Below are positions 30,919-42,999 of a DNA stretch of 64,000 bases, piece after piece. The notes under the pieces were generated by a model, which did no database searches, was not told where the DNA came from, and was given only the letters and a program-made list of their open reading frames with translations. Both the position numbers and the translations under genes were made by a program. The stretch lies in contig NC_091980.1 in assembly GCF_044704955.1 (NCBI RefSeq), forward strand, positions 129,580,001 to 129,644,000, given 5' to 3'. Position 1 is the stretch's first letter; each line of letters starts with the position of its first letter. The DNA comes from Pristiophorus japonicus. Its lineage: Eukaryota.

Positions 30919-33900
30919 ATGGCTTCTCAAGTGTGTCAGAACTATCACAAGGACTGTGAGGCTGCTGTCAACCAGCAGGTCAACATGGAGCTCTGTTCCT
31001 CCTATGTTTATCTCTCCATGGTGAGTCATGTATTTCTGAGCACTTCACAATGGGACCTGTGCAATGTGAAGTTACTAGATTCTGTGCTGTATCCGGCCCA
31101 CCCCTCACTTGATGCACAGTGAATTAATTTGTTAAAGTTATACTATAATAGAAGTAATCACCTTGTGTATTCTTTAACAAACTGCCTTTATGTTCCTGAG
31201 CCATAGTTGGTGAATCTTAATTACTCTTTCCTGGGCCTTTGTGAGCTTGTTGTTGAAGTTTGTTTGGAATACACTTTGCATTCAATGCATGGCATTCAGG
31301 ATTCCTAACCTCCATTTCTAAATCACTCCATGGCCTTTCCTTACCTTGCTTTTTGCAATGAGGGGATTCAGTCTTCAAATTAGAAATAGACCATTTATGA
31401 GAGAAGTTGAGAAGCAATTTTTCATGTGTGGTGGAAGTCTGGAACATATTCTCTCTCCCTGCTTCCCACATTCTAACCACCTAAGGCTGTGGTTGCTTGG
31501 GCAAGTTTTTTGTTGGGTAAGGGTATCAAGGGATTAGAACATAAGCAATAGGAGTAGGCCATTTGGCTGAACTTCTCCCTCAATTCCACCTTCTGCACTC
31601 TCCCCATATCCTATAATTTCTTTATTTCCCCAAAGTATATCAATCTGTCTTGAATATACTCAACAACTGGGCATCCTCAGCTCTCTGGGGTAGAGAATTC
31701 CATAAATTCATCACCCTCTGAGTGAATAAATTTCAACTCCTCTCAGTCTTTAATGGCCAACCCCTTATTCTCAGACTGTAACCCCCTTGTACTAGATTTC
31801 CCCAGTTCCGGTTAAGATTTTCTCTGCATTATTCCTGTAAAGCCCCTTAAGAATGCTGTTTCAATTGGATTTGCACCTCATTTTACTAAAGTCTGTGGCA
31901 TACTAGCCTAGTCTACTGAATCTCTCGACATAGTGAAATCCCCTCATTCCAGGAACCAGTCTAGTAAACCTTTGTTCCACTTCCTAAGGCAAGTATCTCC
32001 TTCGTTTGGTGAGGAGACCAGAATTGTATACAATACTCCAGGTAATCCTCACCAATGCCCTGTATAATTGTAGCAAGACTTCTTTACTCTTAGCTTCTGT
32101 TATGAAGGAATTAGAGTCCAATGTAACATTTGCTTTCCTAATTACTTACTGGATAAATGGAGTTGAGCTGCAGATCTGACCATATTGAATGGTGGAACAG
32201 GCTTGCGGGGCTGAATGGCCTACTCCTGTTCCTAATGTTCTTGAACTCCAGCTTTACATACCAGTTTTTGCCCTTCTGTCTTTAATCTAACTCCCTTTGC
32301 TTTATTGGTGATAAAACCTTCAGCCATTTCTCCCCTCCCTACTCTGGAACTCTCCCCTAACCCCTCTGCTTCCCCACCTTGACCTTCACCGATGACCTCA
32401 AACTCTGAGGGGTGGTATCTGGTTGTCTGCTGAAATGCCTTGATTAGTGTTGAAGGTGCCAAATGAATGCTGCTTAGTTTTGGTTCCATGGGATGAATGT
32501 AGCCAGTAACATTTGGGCCAGATGTACTATGTGAATTGTGCACTGTGACTAGATCTCCTACTTTAAGGGATTTGCTTCTCGTTCCAGTAGTGTCCCTTGG
32601 CTAGCCTGTACAGAATAGATCTGGGTCAATAAACCATGATTGAAGTGGTACTGTGAGTAGTAATCTTTCTAATTTCTAAACTTAAAATTGATTAAGGTTG
32701 TAGTTTTGAGCATGTTCTATCCAAGCTGAATTGGTAACCATGGGATGAGACAGCACTGAAGGTAGCCATTGGGCCAGTGCTGGCTGTTAGGTGGAGCTAT
32801 CCAACTAGTCCTTCTCCCCTGCTCCATTTCATAGCCCTGCAAAAGGTCTGTATTATGTCTCTGACTGTTGCCATTTAATTTACTTCCACCATCCTTTCAA
32901 GTAGGCCATGCACTTATTTAAAAAAAAAATGTCCTTCTTGCCTATGGCAAGAGGATGCGGTCCAATAACCTGTGATTTTCCATTAGCCAGCTTCTCTATT
33001 GCTAGGGGGTTTTCCACTCTACCACATTAGTGAAGCCAGTAGGCTGGTGCTAGCATGTGTTACATTATACATGGAAATACAGGGAGACTGTGACCCCTTT
33101 AGCAGGAAGCAAAATTGAGTTTGGTTCTGGTACATTCAAAATAAAGGATGAATCTGAGTACAATGAGCAAGTGTGACGTCAACTCCTTTATAAGACTCCA
33201 GAGTGCAGGTACCTCATGGTAGGCCTGCTTATATACACCATGCTCCCAAAGGATGTTGGATCTCTTGGGATTCCAACAGGTAGGTGTGATGGTGGTGGTG
33301 GTCTAATACAGGTTAGAAGGGGTTAAATACATAACAGGCTTTATGCACAATAACCACAATAGTGGATCTGTCATGTGATGCCCAATACTCTTCTGATCCC
33401 TCCGCAGTCCTTCTACTTTGACCTGGATGATGTTGCCCTGCGTCACTTTGCTGAGTTCTTCAAGGAGCAGTCACATGAGGAACGTGAGCCTGCTGAGAAA
33501 CTGATGGAATTCCAGAATCGGCGTGGAGGCTGAATCATCTTGGCGGACATCAAGGTTTGGCTTAAACAGGTGTTCTGTATGGCTCCCAATACATTCAAAA
33601 GCAGTTGGTTCCAATTTACACCATAAACCAACCATTTGGACACTGGTCTATGCTGGTGATCAGGCTGCAGACATCTACTCCCAACTTGCTTTATCCAGCA
33701 ACATATCCTCCTTCTATCCCTTTTTCACTCGTGTACTTATTTAGCTTCCCCTTAAATACATCGATGCTATTCATCTCATCAAATTTAACTCCAGTGGTTG
33801 ATGGCTTAATGCATTAATTCTATATTCTAACACATTGGTTCATGGCATCCTAGATTCTGATTTTCATTTTTGCATTTTTCATCCCTAATTCCTTCAATTA

Positions 33901-34071
33901 TTTTTAATTAATCCATTGTGAAGGAACTGTGACTTTCCTCTTCAGAAACCTGAGCAGGACAAGTGGAGCAATGGTCTGGAGGTGATGCAGAGAGCTCTGC
34001 AGATGGAGAAGAATGTCAACCAGAGTCTGCTGGATCTGCACAAACTCTCCACTGGGAGCACTGACCCTCAA
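30919..34071 (+). pseudogene. Ferritin pseudogene FT4 (exons 1-3 only)
   Basis: Exons 30919-31020, 33408-33554 (H65P; TGA at 33531-33533), 33946-34071. TATA box deleted at ~30851. Its own exon 4 is missing. Confidence 0.9.
33128..33336 (-). mobile_element. Solo LTR in FT4 intron 1
   Basis: TG...ATAACA ends, approximate 5-bp duplication ggttc/ggctt, absent at the FT1 site (~5405). Same family as 626-837. Confidence 0.72.
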
Positions 34072-34101
34072 GTAAGTTCCTCATATGGGGTTCTGGGTAA
34101 G

Positions 34102-34525
34102 TTGTATTCACTGGAGTTCAGAAGAATGAGAGGGGACCTCATAGAAACATTTAAAATTCTGACTGGGTTAGACAGGTTAGATGCAGGAAGAATGTTCCCA
34201 ATGTTGGGGAAGTCCAGAACCAGAGGTCACAGTCTAAGGATAAGGGGTAAGCCATTTAGGACCGAGATGCGGAGGAACTTCTTCACCCAGAGAGTGGTGA
34301 ACCTGTGGAATTCTCTACCACAGAAAGTTGTTGAGGCCAATTCACTAAATATATTCAAAAAGGAGTTAGATGAGGTCCTTACTACTAGGGGGATCAAGGG
34401 GTATGGTGAGAAAGCAGGAATGGGGTACTGAAGTTGAATATTCAGCCATGAACTCATTGAATGGCGGTGCAGGCTAGAAGGGTCGAATGGCCTACTCCTG
34501 CACCTATTTTCTATGTTTCTATGTT
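34102..34525 (+). mobile_element. Young CR1 LINE 3' end in FT4 intron 3
   Basis: LYSLEFRRMRGDLIETFKIL...GYGEKAGMGY*, (TTTCTATG)n tail. Confidence 0.92.
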
Positions 34526-35804
34526 AGCTGAGAAGCAAATAAGTGTTGGACAGACCAGCAATGTCTGAGCTAACTGAACTGATGCAGGGGGCAGGGTCGA
34601 GGAGAATCAACAATTGTCAGTGGCTTGCTCTCCATGTAAGATTCAGGAGCAGGATACAGCCCCTCGAACCAGCTCTGACATGCAATAAGATCATAATTGA
34701 TCTTCAATCTTGACTCCACTTTCCTGCCTGATCTTCATATCCATTGTTTCCTTAAGACTACAAAATGCTAACAATCCCAGCCTTAATTATAATCAAAGGT
34801 TCAGGGTCAAGAATTCAAAAGATCTCTTATTGGGGAAGTGTGGATACCCTATTGAGATTGGTTTTGACACCCCTCCCTGTCCCTCTAATTCATGGTTGTC
34901 TATCCTGCCCTCATTCTCTATCTAGACACTTGCATGAGTAAGGAATGTGTGTGGAACTGTACTCCAACAAAATATCTATCTGGCCGGAGTAAATGTACTT
35001 TATTAAATGCACTACTCCAAACACCCAAATTAAATATACTCGTCCCAAAAATATCTTTTTCTCCCTGTGTTCCCCCCTACTCCGCCCCACCACCCCCACC
35101 GGCCTGTTCCATTAGTGTATGAACCCAACACCAGCAGTTCCTCCAGAACTGTATTGATTGGTATTCAGGCCCATTGTGCTTTTCATACCAAATAGCAATT
35201 GTCCTTCACAAATCCTACTGGATTCCCATTTGTCTCCTTCTCACGAATGGATTCAAATGTTGATAATGCTGCCGCTAGCAATAATCCAGTATTTACAGGT
35301 TAATTTATGGAACTTAGCTGAGAACTGCAGTGCGTGCAATTAAATTGCTGTCTTCAGGTATTCTACGTTAATGTCTTTGCATCTTTCCAAGGCATTTGTG
35401 GGGTTTCCATGTCACCACATTTCACACGTTGATGAGCTGCAATTTTACCAGTCGGGTTGGGTTTACTGCTGATGTGTTCGACAGCTTCACGTTGCGCACA
35501 AGAGTCTTCAGCACACTCGTTGTGAAAGAATTTGCAGGCGTCCATGATTTAAGAATTACATAGAATTTACAGCATAAAAAAAAGGCCATTTGGCCCAATG
35601 GGTCCGTGCCGGTGTTTATGCTCCGCACGAGCTCCTCCCACCCCTCCTCATCTCAACCCATCCGAATATCCTTCTATTCCTTTCTCCCTCATGTGTTTCC
35701 TAACTTCTCCTTAAATGCATCTATGATAGATAGATATAACCTCTCAGATCTGCTATGATCTTGGTAAATCATTTTTGCAGCTTTTCCAGTGCCTCTATAT
35801 CCCT

Positions 35805-37300
35805 TTTGAGGAGCTCCTCCCGGAGTCACAGTGTGGATTTCGTCCCCGAATGAGGCACAACGGAAATGATTTTTAGAGCGTGACAGCTGCAGGAAAAATG
35901 CAGGGAACAGCACCAGCCCTTATACATGGCCTTCTTCGACCTTGCAAAGGCTTTTGACACTGTCAACCACGAGGGTCGATGGAGCATCCTCCTCCATTTC
36001 GGATGCCCCCAAAAAATCGTCACCATCCTCCGCCTGCTCCGCGACGACATGCAGGCCATGATCCTTACCAATGGCATCATTACAGACATGATCCATGTCT
36101 GGACTGGGGTCAAACAGGGCTGTGCCATTGCCCCAACCGTCTTCTCAATCTTCCTCGCTGCCATGCTCCACCTCACAATCAACAAGCTCCCCGCTGGAGT
36201 GGTACGAAACTACAGAACCAGTAGGAACCTGTTCAACCTTATTCGACTCCAGGCCAGGTCCAAGACCATCCCAACGTCTCTTGTCGAGCTACAATACACG
36301 GACGACACCTGCATCTGCACACATACAGAGGCTGAACTCCAAGTCATAGTCAATGTATTTACTGAGGCGTACGAAAGCATAAGCCTTACGCTAAACATCC
36401 GTAAGACAAAGGTCCTCCATCAGCCTGTCCTCACCGCACAGTGCACCCTCCTCGTCCCCAATCATCAAGATCCATGGCGTGGCCCTGGACAACGTGGACC
36501 ATTTCCCATACCTCTGGAGCCTCTTATCAACAAGAGCAGACATTAATGACGAGATTCAACACCGCCTCCAGTGCGCCAGCACAGCCTTGGCTGCTTGAGG
36601 AAAAGAGTGTTTGAAGACTAGGCCCTCAAATCCACCAACAAGCTCATGGTCTACAGGGCTGTAGTATTACCCACCCTTCTGCATGGCTCAGAGACATTGA
36701 CCATGTACAGTAGAAACCTCAAGTCGCTGGAGAAGTACTACCAACGATGTCTCCACAAGATCCTACAAATCTCCTGGGAGGACAGAAGCACCAACATTAG
36801 GGTCCTCAACCAGGCCAACATCCCCAGCATTGAAGCACTGACCACACTTGATCAGCTCCGGTGGGCCGGCCACATCGTTTGCATGCAAGACACGAGGCTC
36901 CCAAAGCAAGCGCTCTACTCGGAACTCCTTCACGGCAAGCAAGCCAAAGGTGGGCAAAGGAAACATTACAAGGACACCCTCAAAGCCTCCCTGATAAACT
37001 GCAACATCCACACCAACACCTGGGACAGCCTGACCAAAGACTGCCTTGTGGAGAAAATGCATCTGGGAGGGCGCTGAGCACCTCGAGTCTCATCGCTGAG
37101 AGCATGCAGAAATCACGTCAGGCAGCGGAAAAAGCATGCAGCAAACTTGTCTCACCATCCCTTTCCTTTAACGACTGTCTGTCCCACCTGTGACAGGGAC
37201 TGTGGTTCTCGTATTGAATTGTTCAGCCACCTAAGGACTCATTTTTAGAATGGAAGCAAGTCTTCCTCACTTCTGAGGGACTACCTATGATGATGATGAT
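35805..37300 (+). mobile_element. 5'-truncated RTE-clade LINE
   Basis: AFFDLAKAFDTV, GVKQGCAIAPT, QYTDD, LLHGSETLT, QLRWAGHIV; (TGA)n tail at 37288-37300. Confidence 0.9.
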
Positions 37301-37701
37301 CGTTTTTGTGATATTCTCCTGAGAGCAGAGAAGGCTAAGAGGAGATTTGATAGAGGTGTTTAAAATCATGAAGGATTGAGATAGAGAAACTGTTCCAATG
37401 GTCGAAGGGTCGATAACCAGAGTGTGCAGATTTAAGGTGATTGGCAAAAGAACCAGAGGTGACATGAGGGAAAACCTTTTTGCATAACAAATGTTTATGA
37501 TCTGGAATGCACGGCCTGATAGGATGGTGGATACAGATTCAATAATAGCCTTCAGTGTGGATATGGATAAATACTAAAGGAGAAAAAAAATCAGTGATAT
37601 GGGAAAAGCGCGGGGGAGTGGGACTAACCGGATTGCTCTTCGAAAGAACCAGTGCAGACTCGATGGGCCAAATTGTCTCCTATGCTGTACTATTCTAAGC
37701 T

Positions 37702-37835
37702 TTTATCTGGAAGAACAAATGAAAATGATCAAGAAACTTGGAGATCACATCACCAACTTGAAGAGATTGGGAGCCCCTGAGAATGGGATGGGCGAGTACC
37801 TGTTTGACAAACACATCCTGGGCGAGAGTGACTAA
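37702..37835 (+). pseudogene. Orphan ferritin exon 4 (FT2-type), 5'-truncated
   Basis: [43 protein letters not shown]. The LCDFLETH start and acceptor are replaced by a CR1 fragment (~37310-37700). The 3' flank matches that of FT2. Confidence 0.85.
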
Positions 37836-38011
37836 ACTGACTGGATCAAGCTTAGTGTTTCGTACTTGTATTTATATAATTGGGGGACCCTCCGCCAGGC
37901 ATGTAGGGAATGATGGCTTGTGACTTTGTATAAATAAACTGTTCAACATTGGACTGGGTTTTGTCTCCTTGTAAGTTTGAGTGGTTGCTTATTTTTCAAT
38001 TAACATAACTT

Positions 38012-41000
38012 AGAAACATAGAAACATAGAAAATAGGTGCAGGGGTAGGCCATTTGGCCCTTCTAGCCTGCACCGCCATTCAATGAGTTCATGGCTGAAC
38101 ATGCAACTTCAGTACCCCATTCCTGCTTCTCACCATACCCCTTGATTCCCCTAGTAGTAAGGGCTTCATCTAACTCCTTTTTGAATATATTTAGTGAATT
38201 GGCCTCAACAACTTTCTGTGGTAGAGAATTCCACAGGTTCACCACTCTCGGTGAAGAAATTCCTCCTCATCTCAGTCCTAAATGGCTTCCCCCTTATCCT
38301 TAGACTGTGTCCCCTGGTTCTGGACTTCCCCAACATTGGGAACATTCTTCCTGCATCTAACCTGTCTAACCCTGTCAGAATTTTAAACGTTTCTATGAGG
38401 TCCCCTCTCATTCTTCTGAACTCCAGTGAATACAAACCCAGTTGATCCAGTCTTTCTTGATAGGTCAGTCCCGCCATCCCAGGAATCAGTCTGGTGAACC
38501 TTCGCTGCACTCCCTCAATAGCAAGAATGTCCTTCCTCAGGTTAGGAGACCAAAACTGTACACAATACTCCAGGTGTGGCCTCACCAAGGCCCTGTACAA
38601 TTGTAGCAACACCTCCCTGCCCTTGTACTCAAATCACCTCGCTATGAAGGCCAACATGCCATTTGCTTTCTTAACCGCCTGCTGTACCTGCATGCCAACC
38701 TTCAATGACTGATGTACCATGACACCCAGGTCTCTTTGCACCTGCCCTTTTCCTAATCTGTCACCATTCAGATAATAGTCTGTCTCTCTGTTTTTACCAC
38801 CAAAGTGGATAACCTCATTTATCCACATTGTACTTCATCTGCCATGCATTTGCCCACTCACCTAACCTATCCAAGTCGCTCTGCAGCCTCATAGAATCCT
38901 CCTTGCAGCTCACACTGCCACCCAACTTAGTGTCATCCGCAAATTTGGAGATACTACATTTAATCCCCTCGTCTAAATCATTAATGTACAGTGTAAACAG
39001 CTGGGGCCCCAGCACAGAACCTTGCGGTACCCCACTAGTCACTGCCTGCCATTCTGAAAAGTCCCCATTTACTCCTACTCTTTGCTTCCTGTCTGACAAC
39101 CAGTTCTCAATCCATGTCAGCACACTACCCACAATCCCATGTGCTTTAACTTTGCACATTAATCTCTTGTGTGGGACCTTGTCGAAAGCCTTCTGAAAGT
39201 CCAAATATACCACATCAACTGGTTCTCCCTTGTCCACTCTACTGGAAACATCCTCAAAAGTTTCCAGAAGATTTGTCAAGCATGATTTCCCTTTCACAAA
39301 TCCATGCTGACTTGGACCTATCATATTACCTCTTTCCAAATGCACTGCTATGACATCCTTAATAATTGATTCCATCATTTTACCCACGACCGATGTCAGG
39401 CTGACCGGTCTGTAATTCCCTGTTTTCTCTCTCCCTCCTTTTTTAAAAAGTGGGATTACATTGGCTACCCTCCACTCCATAGGAACTGATCCAGAGTCAA
39501 TGGAATGTTGGAAAATGACTGTCAATGCATCCACTATTTCCAAGGCCGCCTCCTTAAGTACTCTGGGATGCAGTCCATCAGACCCTGGGGATTTATCGGC
39601 CTTCAATTCCATCAATTTCCCCAACACAATTTCCCGACTAATAAGGATTTCCCTCAGTTCCTCTTTCTTACTAGACCCTCCGACCCCTTTTTATATCCGG
39701 AAGGTTGTTTGTGTCCTCCTCAGTGAATACCGAACCAAAGTACTTGTTCAATTGGTCCGCCATTTCTTTGTTCCCCGTTATGACTTCCCCTGATTCTGAC
39801 TGCAGGGGACCTACGTTTGTCTTTACTAACCTTTTTCTCTTTACATATCTATAGAAACTTTTGCAATCCGTCTTCATGTTCCCTGCAAGCTTCTTCTCGT
39901 ACTCTATTTTCCCTGCCCTAATCAAACCCTTTGTCCTCCTCTGCTGAGTTCTAAATTTCTCCCAGTCCCTGGGTTCTCTGCTATTTCTGGCCAATTTGTA
40001 TGCCACTTCCTTGGCTTTAATGCTATCCCTGATTTCCCTTGATAGCCACGGTTGAGCCACCTTCCCTTTTTTATTTTTACGACAGACAGGAATGTACAAT
40101 TGTTGTAGTTCATCCATGCGGTCTCTAAATGTCTGCCATTGCCCATCCACACTCAACCCCTTCAGTATCATTCGCCAATCTATCCTAGCCAATTCACGCC
40201 TCATACCTTCAAAGTTACCCTTCTTTAAGTTCTGGACCATGGTCTCTGAATTAACAGTTTCATTCTCCATCCTAATGCAGAATTCCACCATATTATGGTC
40301 ACTCTTCCCCAAGGGGCCTCGCACAACGAGATTGCTAATTAATCCTCTCTCATTACACAACACCCAGTCTAAGATGGCCTCCCCCCTAGTTGGTTCCTCG
40401 ACATATTGGTCTAAAAAACCATCCCTTATGCACTCCAGGAAATCCTCCTCTACAGTATTGCTTCCAGTTTCGTTAACCCAATCTATGTGCATATTAAAGT
40501 CACCCATTATAACTGCTGCACCTTTATTGCACGCACCCCTAATTTCATGTTTGATGCCCTCCCCAACATCACTACTACTGTTTGGAGGTCTGTACACAAC
40601 TCCCACTAACGTTTTTTGTCCTTTGGTATTCTGCAGCTCTACCCATATAGATTCCACATCATCCAAGCTAATGTCCTTCCGAACTATTGCCTTAATTTGC
40701 TCCTTAACCAGCAATGCTACCCCACCTCCTTTTCCTTTTATTCTATCTTTCCTGAATGTTGAATACCCCTGGATGTTGAGTTCCCAGCCCTGATCATCCT
40801 GGAGCCACATCTCCGTAATCCCAATCACATCATATTTGTTAACATCTATTTGCACAGTTAATTCATCCACTTTATTGCGGATACTCCTTGCATTAAGACA
40901 CAAAGCCTTCAGGCTTGTTCTTTTAACACCCTTTGTCCTTTTAGAATTTTGCTGTTCAGTGGCCCTTTTTGTTCTTTGCCTTGGGTTTCTCTGCCCTCCA

Positions 41001-41536
41001 CTTTTCCTCATCTCCTTTCTGTCTTTTGCTTTTGCCTCCTTTTTGTTTCCCTCTGTCTCCCTGCATTGGTTCCCATCCCCCTGCCATATCAGTTTAAATC
41101 CTCCCCAACAGCACTAGCAAACACTCCCCCTAGGACATTGGTTCCGGTCCTGCCCAGGTGCAGACCGTCCGGTTTGTACTGGTCCCACCTCCCCCAGAAC
41201 CGGTTCCAATGCCCCAGGAATTTGAATCCCTCCCTGTTGCACCACTGCTCAAGCCACGTATTCATCTGTGCTATCCTGCGATTCCTACTCTGACTATCAC
41301 GTGGCACTGGTAGCAATCCCGACATTACTACTTTTGAGGTCCTACTTTTTAATTTAGCTCCTAGCTCCTTAAATTCGTTTCGTAGGACCTCATCCCTATT
41401 TTTACCTATGTCGTTGGTACCAATGTGCACCACGACAACTGGCTGTTCTCCCTCCCTTTTTAGAATGTCCTGCACCCGCTCCGAGACATCCTTGACCCTT
41501 GCACCAGGGAGGCAACATACCATCCTGGAGTCTCGG
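38012..41536 (-). mobile_element. Young CR1 LINE, 5'-truncated within ORF1
   Basis: ORF1 SGNH esterase-like (HIGTND, DGLHL; 41089-41550), APE endonuclease (39671-41011), RT (KFADDTKL; 38815-39627), few frameshifts. The empty site is seen in the FT2 flank (~14540). Confidence 0.95.
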
Positions 41537-42999
41537 TTTACATCAAACAAGAATTACACAGTGCTGTGCAACAGTGTTATGGGATTTGGCCCAATGACCA
41601 AAAGCACAGTCAGAGGTATGTTTTAAGGAGGTACAGAGATGTTTAGGGAGGGATCTCCAGAGCTTGGGACTTGGACATCTGTATAAAATTACCTCTTCCA
41701 AATATCTGCACTTGCATAAATGACAATTCAATCGAATTAAAATACAAGTTGATGTAACATGTGTTTAACACAGGGAAATTTGCCAGTAAATCTGTGTTGC
41801 ACCATTTCAGTCAAGTGAAGAAAGTCCTGGATTAGCTTCCTCTTAAGTGTATCAGCCCTGTGAAGAGCAGTTTGTTTGCAGTAGCTACTACAGATCCTGT
41901 TCAGTTATCCAGGCACTTCAGTATCAGGACTCACCACTGCTGCTGTTGCCTTTCTGTTAAGCTTTGTAGGCAGACAAGCAATGTCTCAGCACATTGAACT
42001 CTGGGCACTAAAATTGGGTGAGAAGGGAAAGCAACAGGTGGCATCAGCTTGCTGTCACAGCTTCATTGGTCAGTGTGGATACCCTAGTCGGTGTGGTTCT
42101 AGGACAGCTTCTCTTCCACCCGCTCCCATCATGGTTGAATAACGCACCAACACAACCTAGATTCACATGAATAAGGAATTGGGTAAGGTATTGAAAGACT
42201 AACTGTACTCCAACAAAATATAATCCTTCTGGAAGGAATAAATGTATTTCATTGCACAAAGCAAATGGCCCAAGAAATTAAACACATTTCTCCCCTGCCC
42301 TGGCCCTAATGCCTTAAACTCTATCAATTTGTATTTAATACCACTGTGCATTACTCAACCATCACCCTGGATTGGATCTTCATTTCTCTCCTTCACGGCT
42401 ATGGATGGATTCAAATGTTAATTCCTCAGCTCCAATAATCCAGTGTTTACAAGTTATTTTTAGGTATTTAGCCGAGGACTGTAGTGGGTGCAATTAATTT
42501 GCCATGGACACATTCCAGGTTAATGTCTTCACAACTCTCAAAAGCACCTTTGGGGTAGCGATGTTACAAAATGTCATATATTGATGAGCCACAGTTCCAC
42601 GAGTCAGCCTGGCTTTGCGTGCTGATGGGTTTGATGACTTCATGTATTCACCAAAGTCACCAGCTGACTCGATGTGAAACTACAGGTGCTCGTGTTTTAA
42701 CAATTACTTACAATTTACATCTCAGAAAAAGACCATTCGGGCCAACTGGGCCATGCTGTGGTTTATGCTCCATGTGAGTCATCTCCCACCCCACTTCATC
42801 TAGACTTATTAGCATATCATTCTATTCCTTTCTCCCTCAAATTTATCTAGCTTCCCCTTGAATGCATCTATGCTCTTTGCATTCAGAGTTATTACTGCGG
42901 GTAGCTCAGTAAACGAACCGCTGCTGCTGTGGATTTTCTGTTCAGCTGTGTGGGCAAAGAAGTGAGTAACAGCTATAGAGACCAGCAATGTTTGAGCTC

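Noticed and set aside
33982-34431. 149-aa ORF fusing ferritin exon 3 to a CR1 ORF2 C-terminus
   Set aside because: Chance read-through of the splice donor into the inserted LINE. The host gene has an upstream stop and no TATA box.
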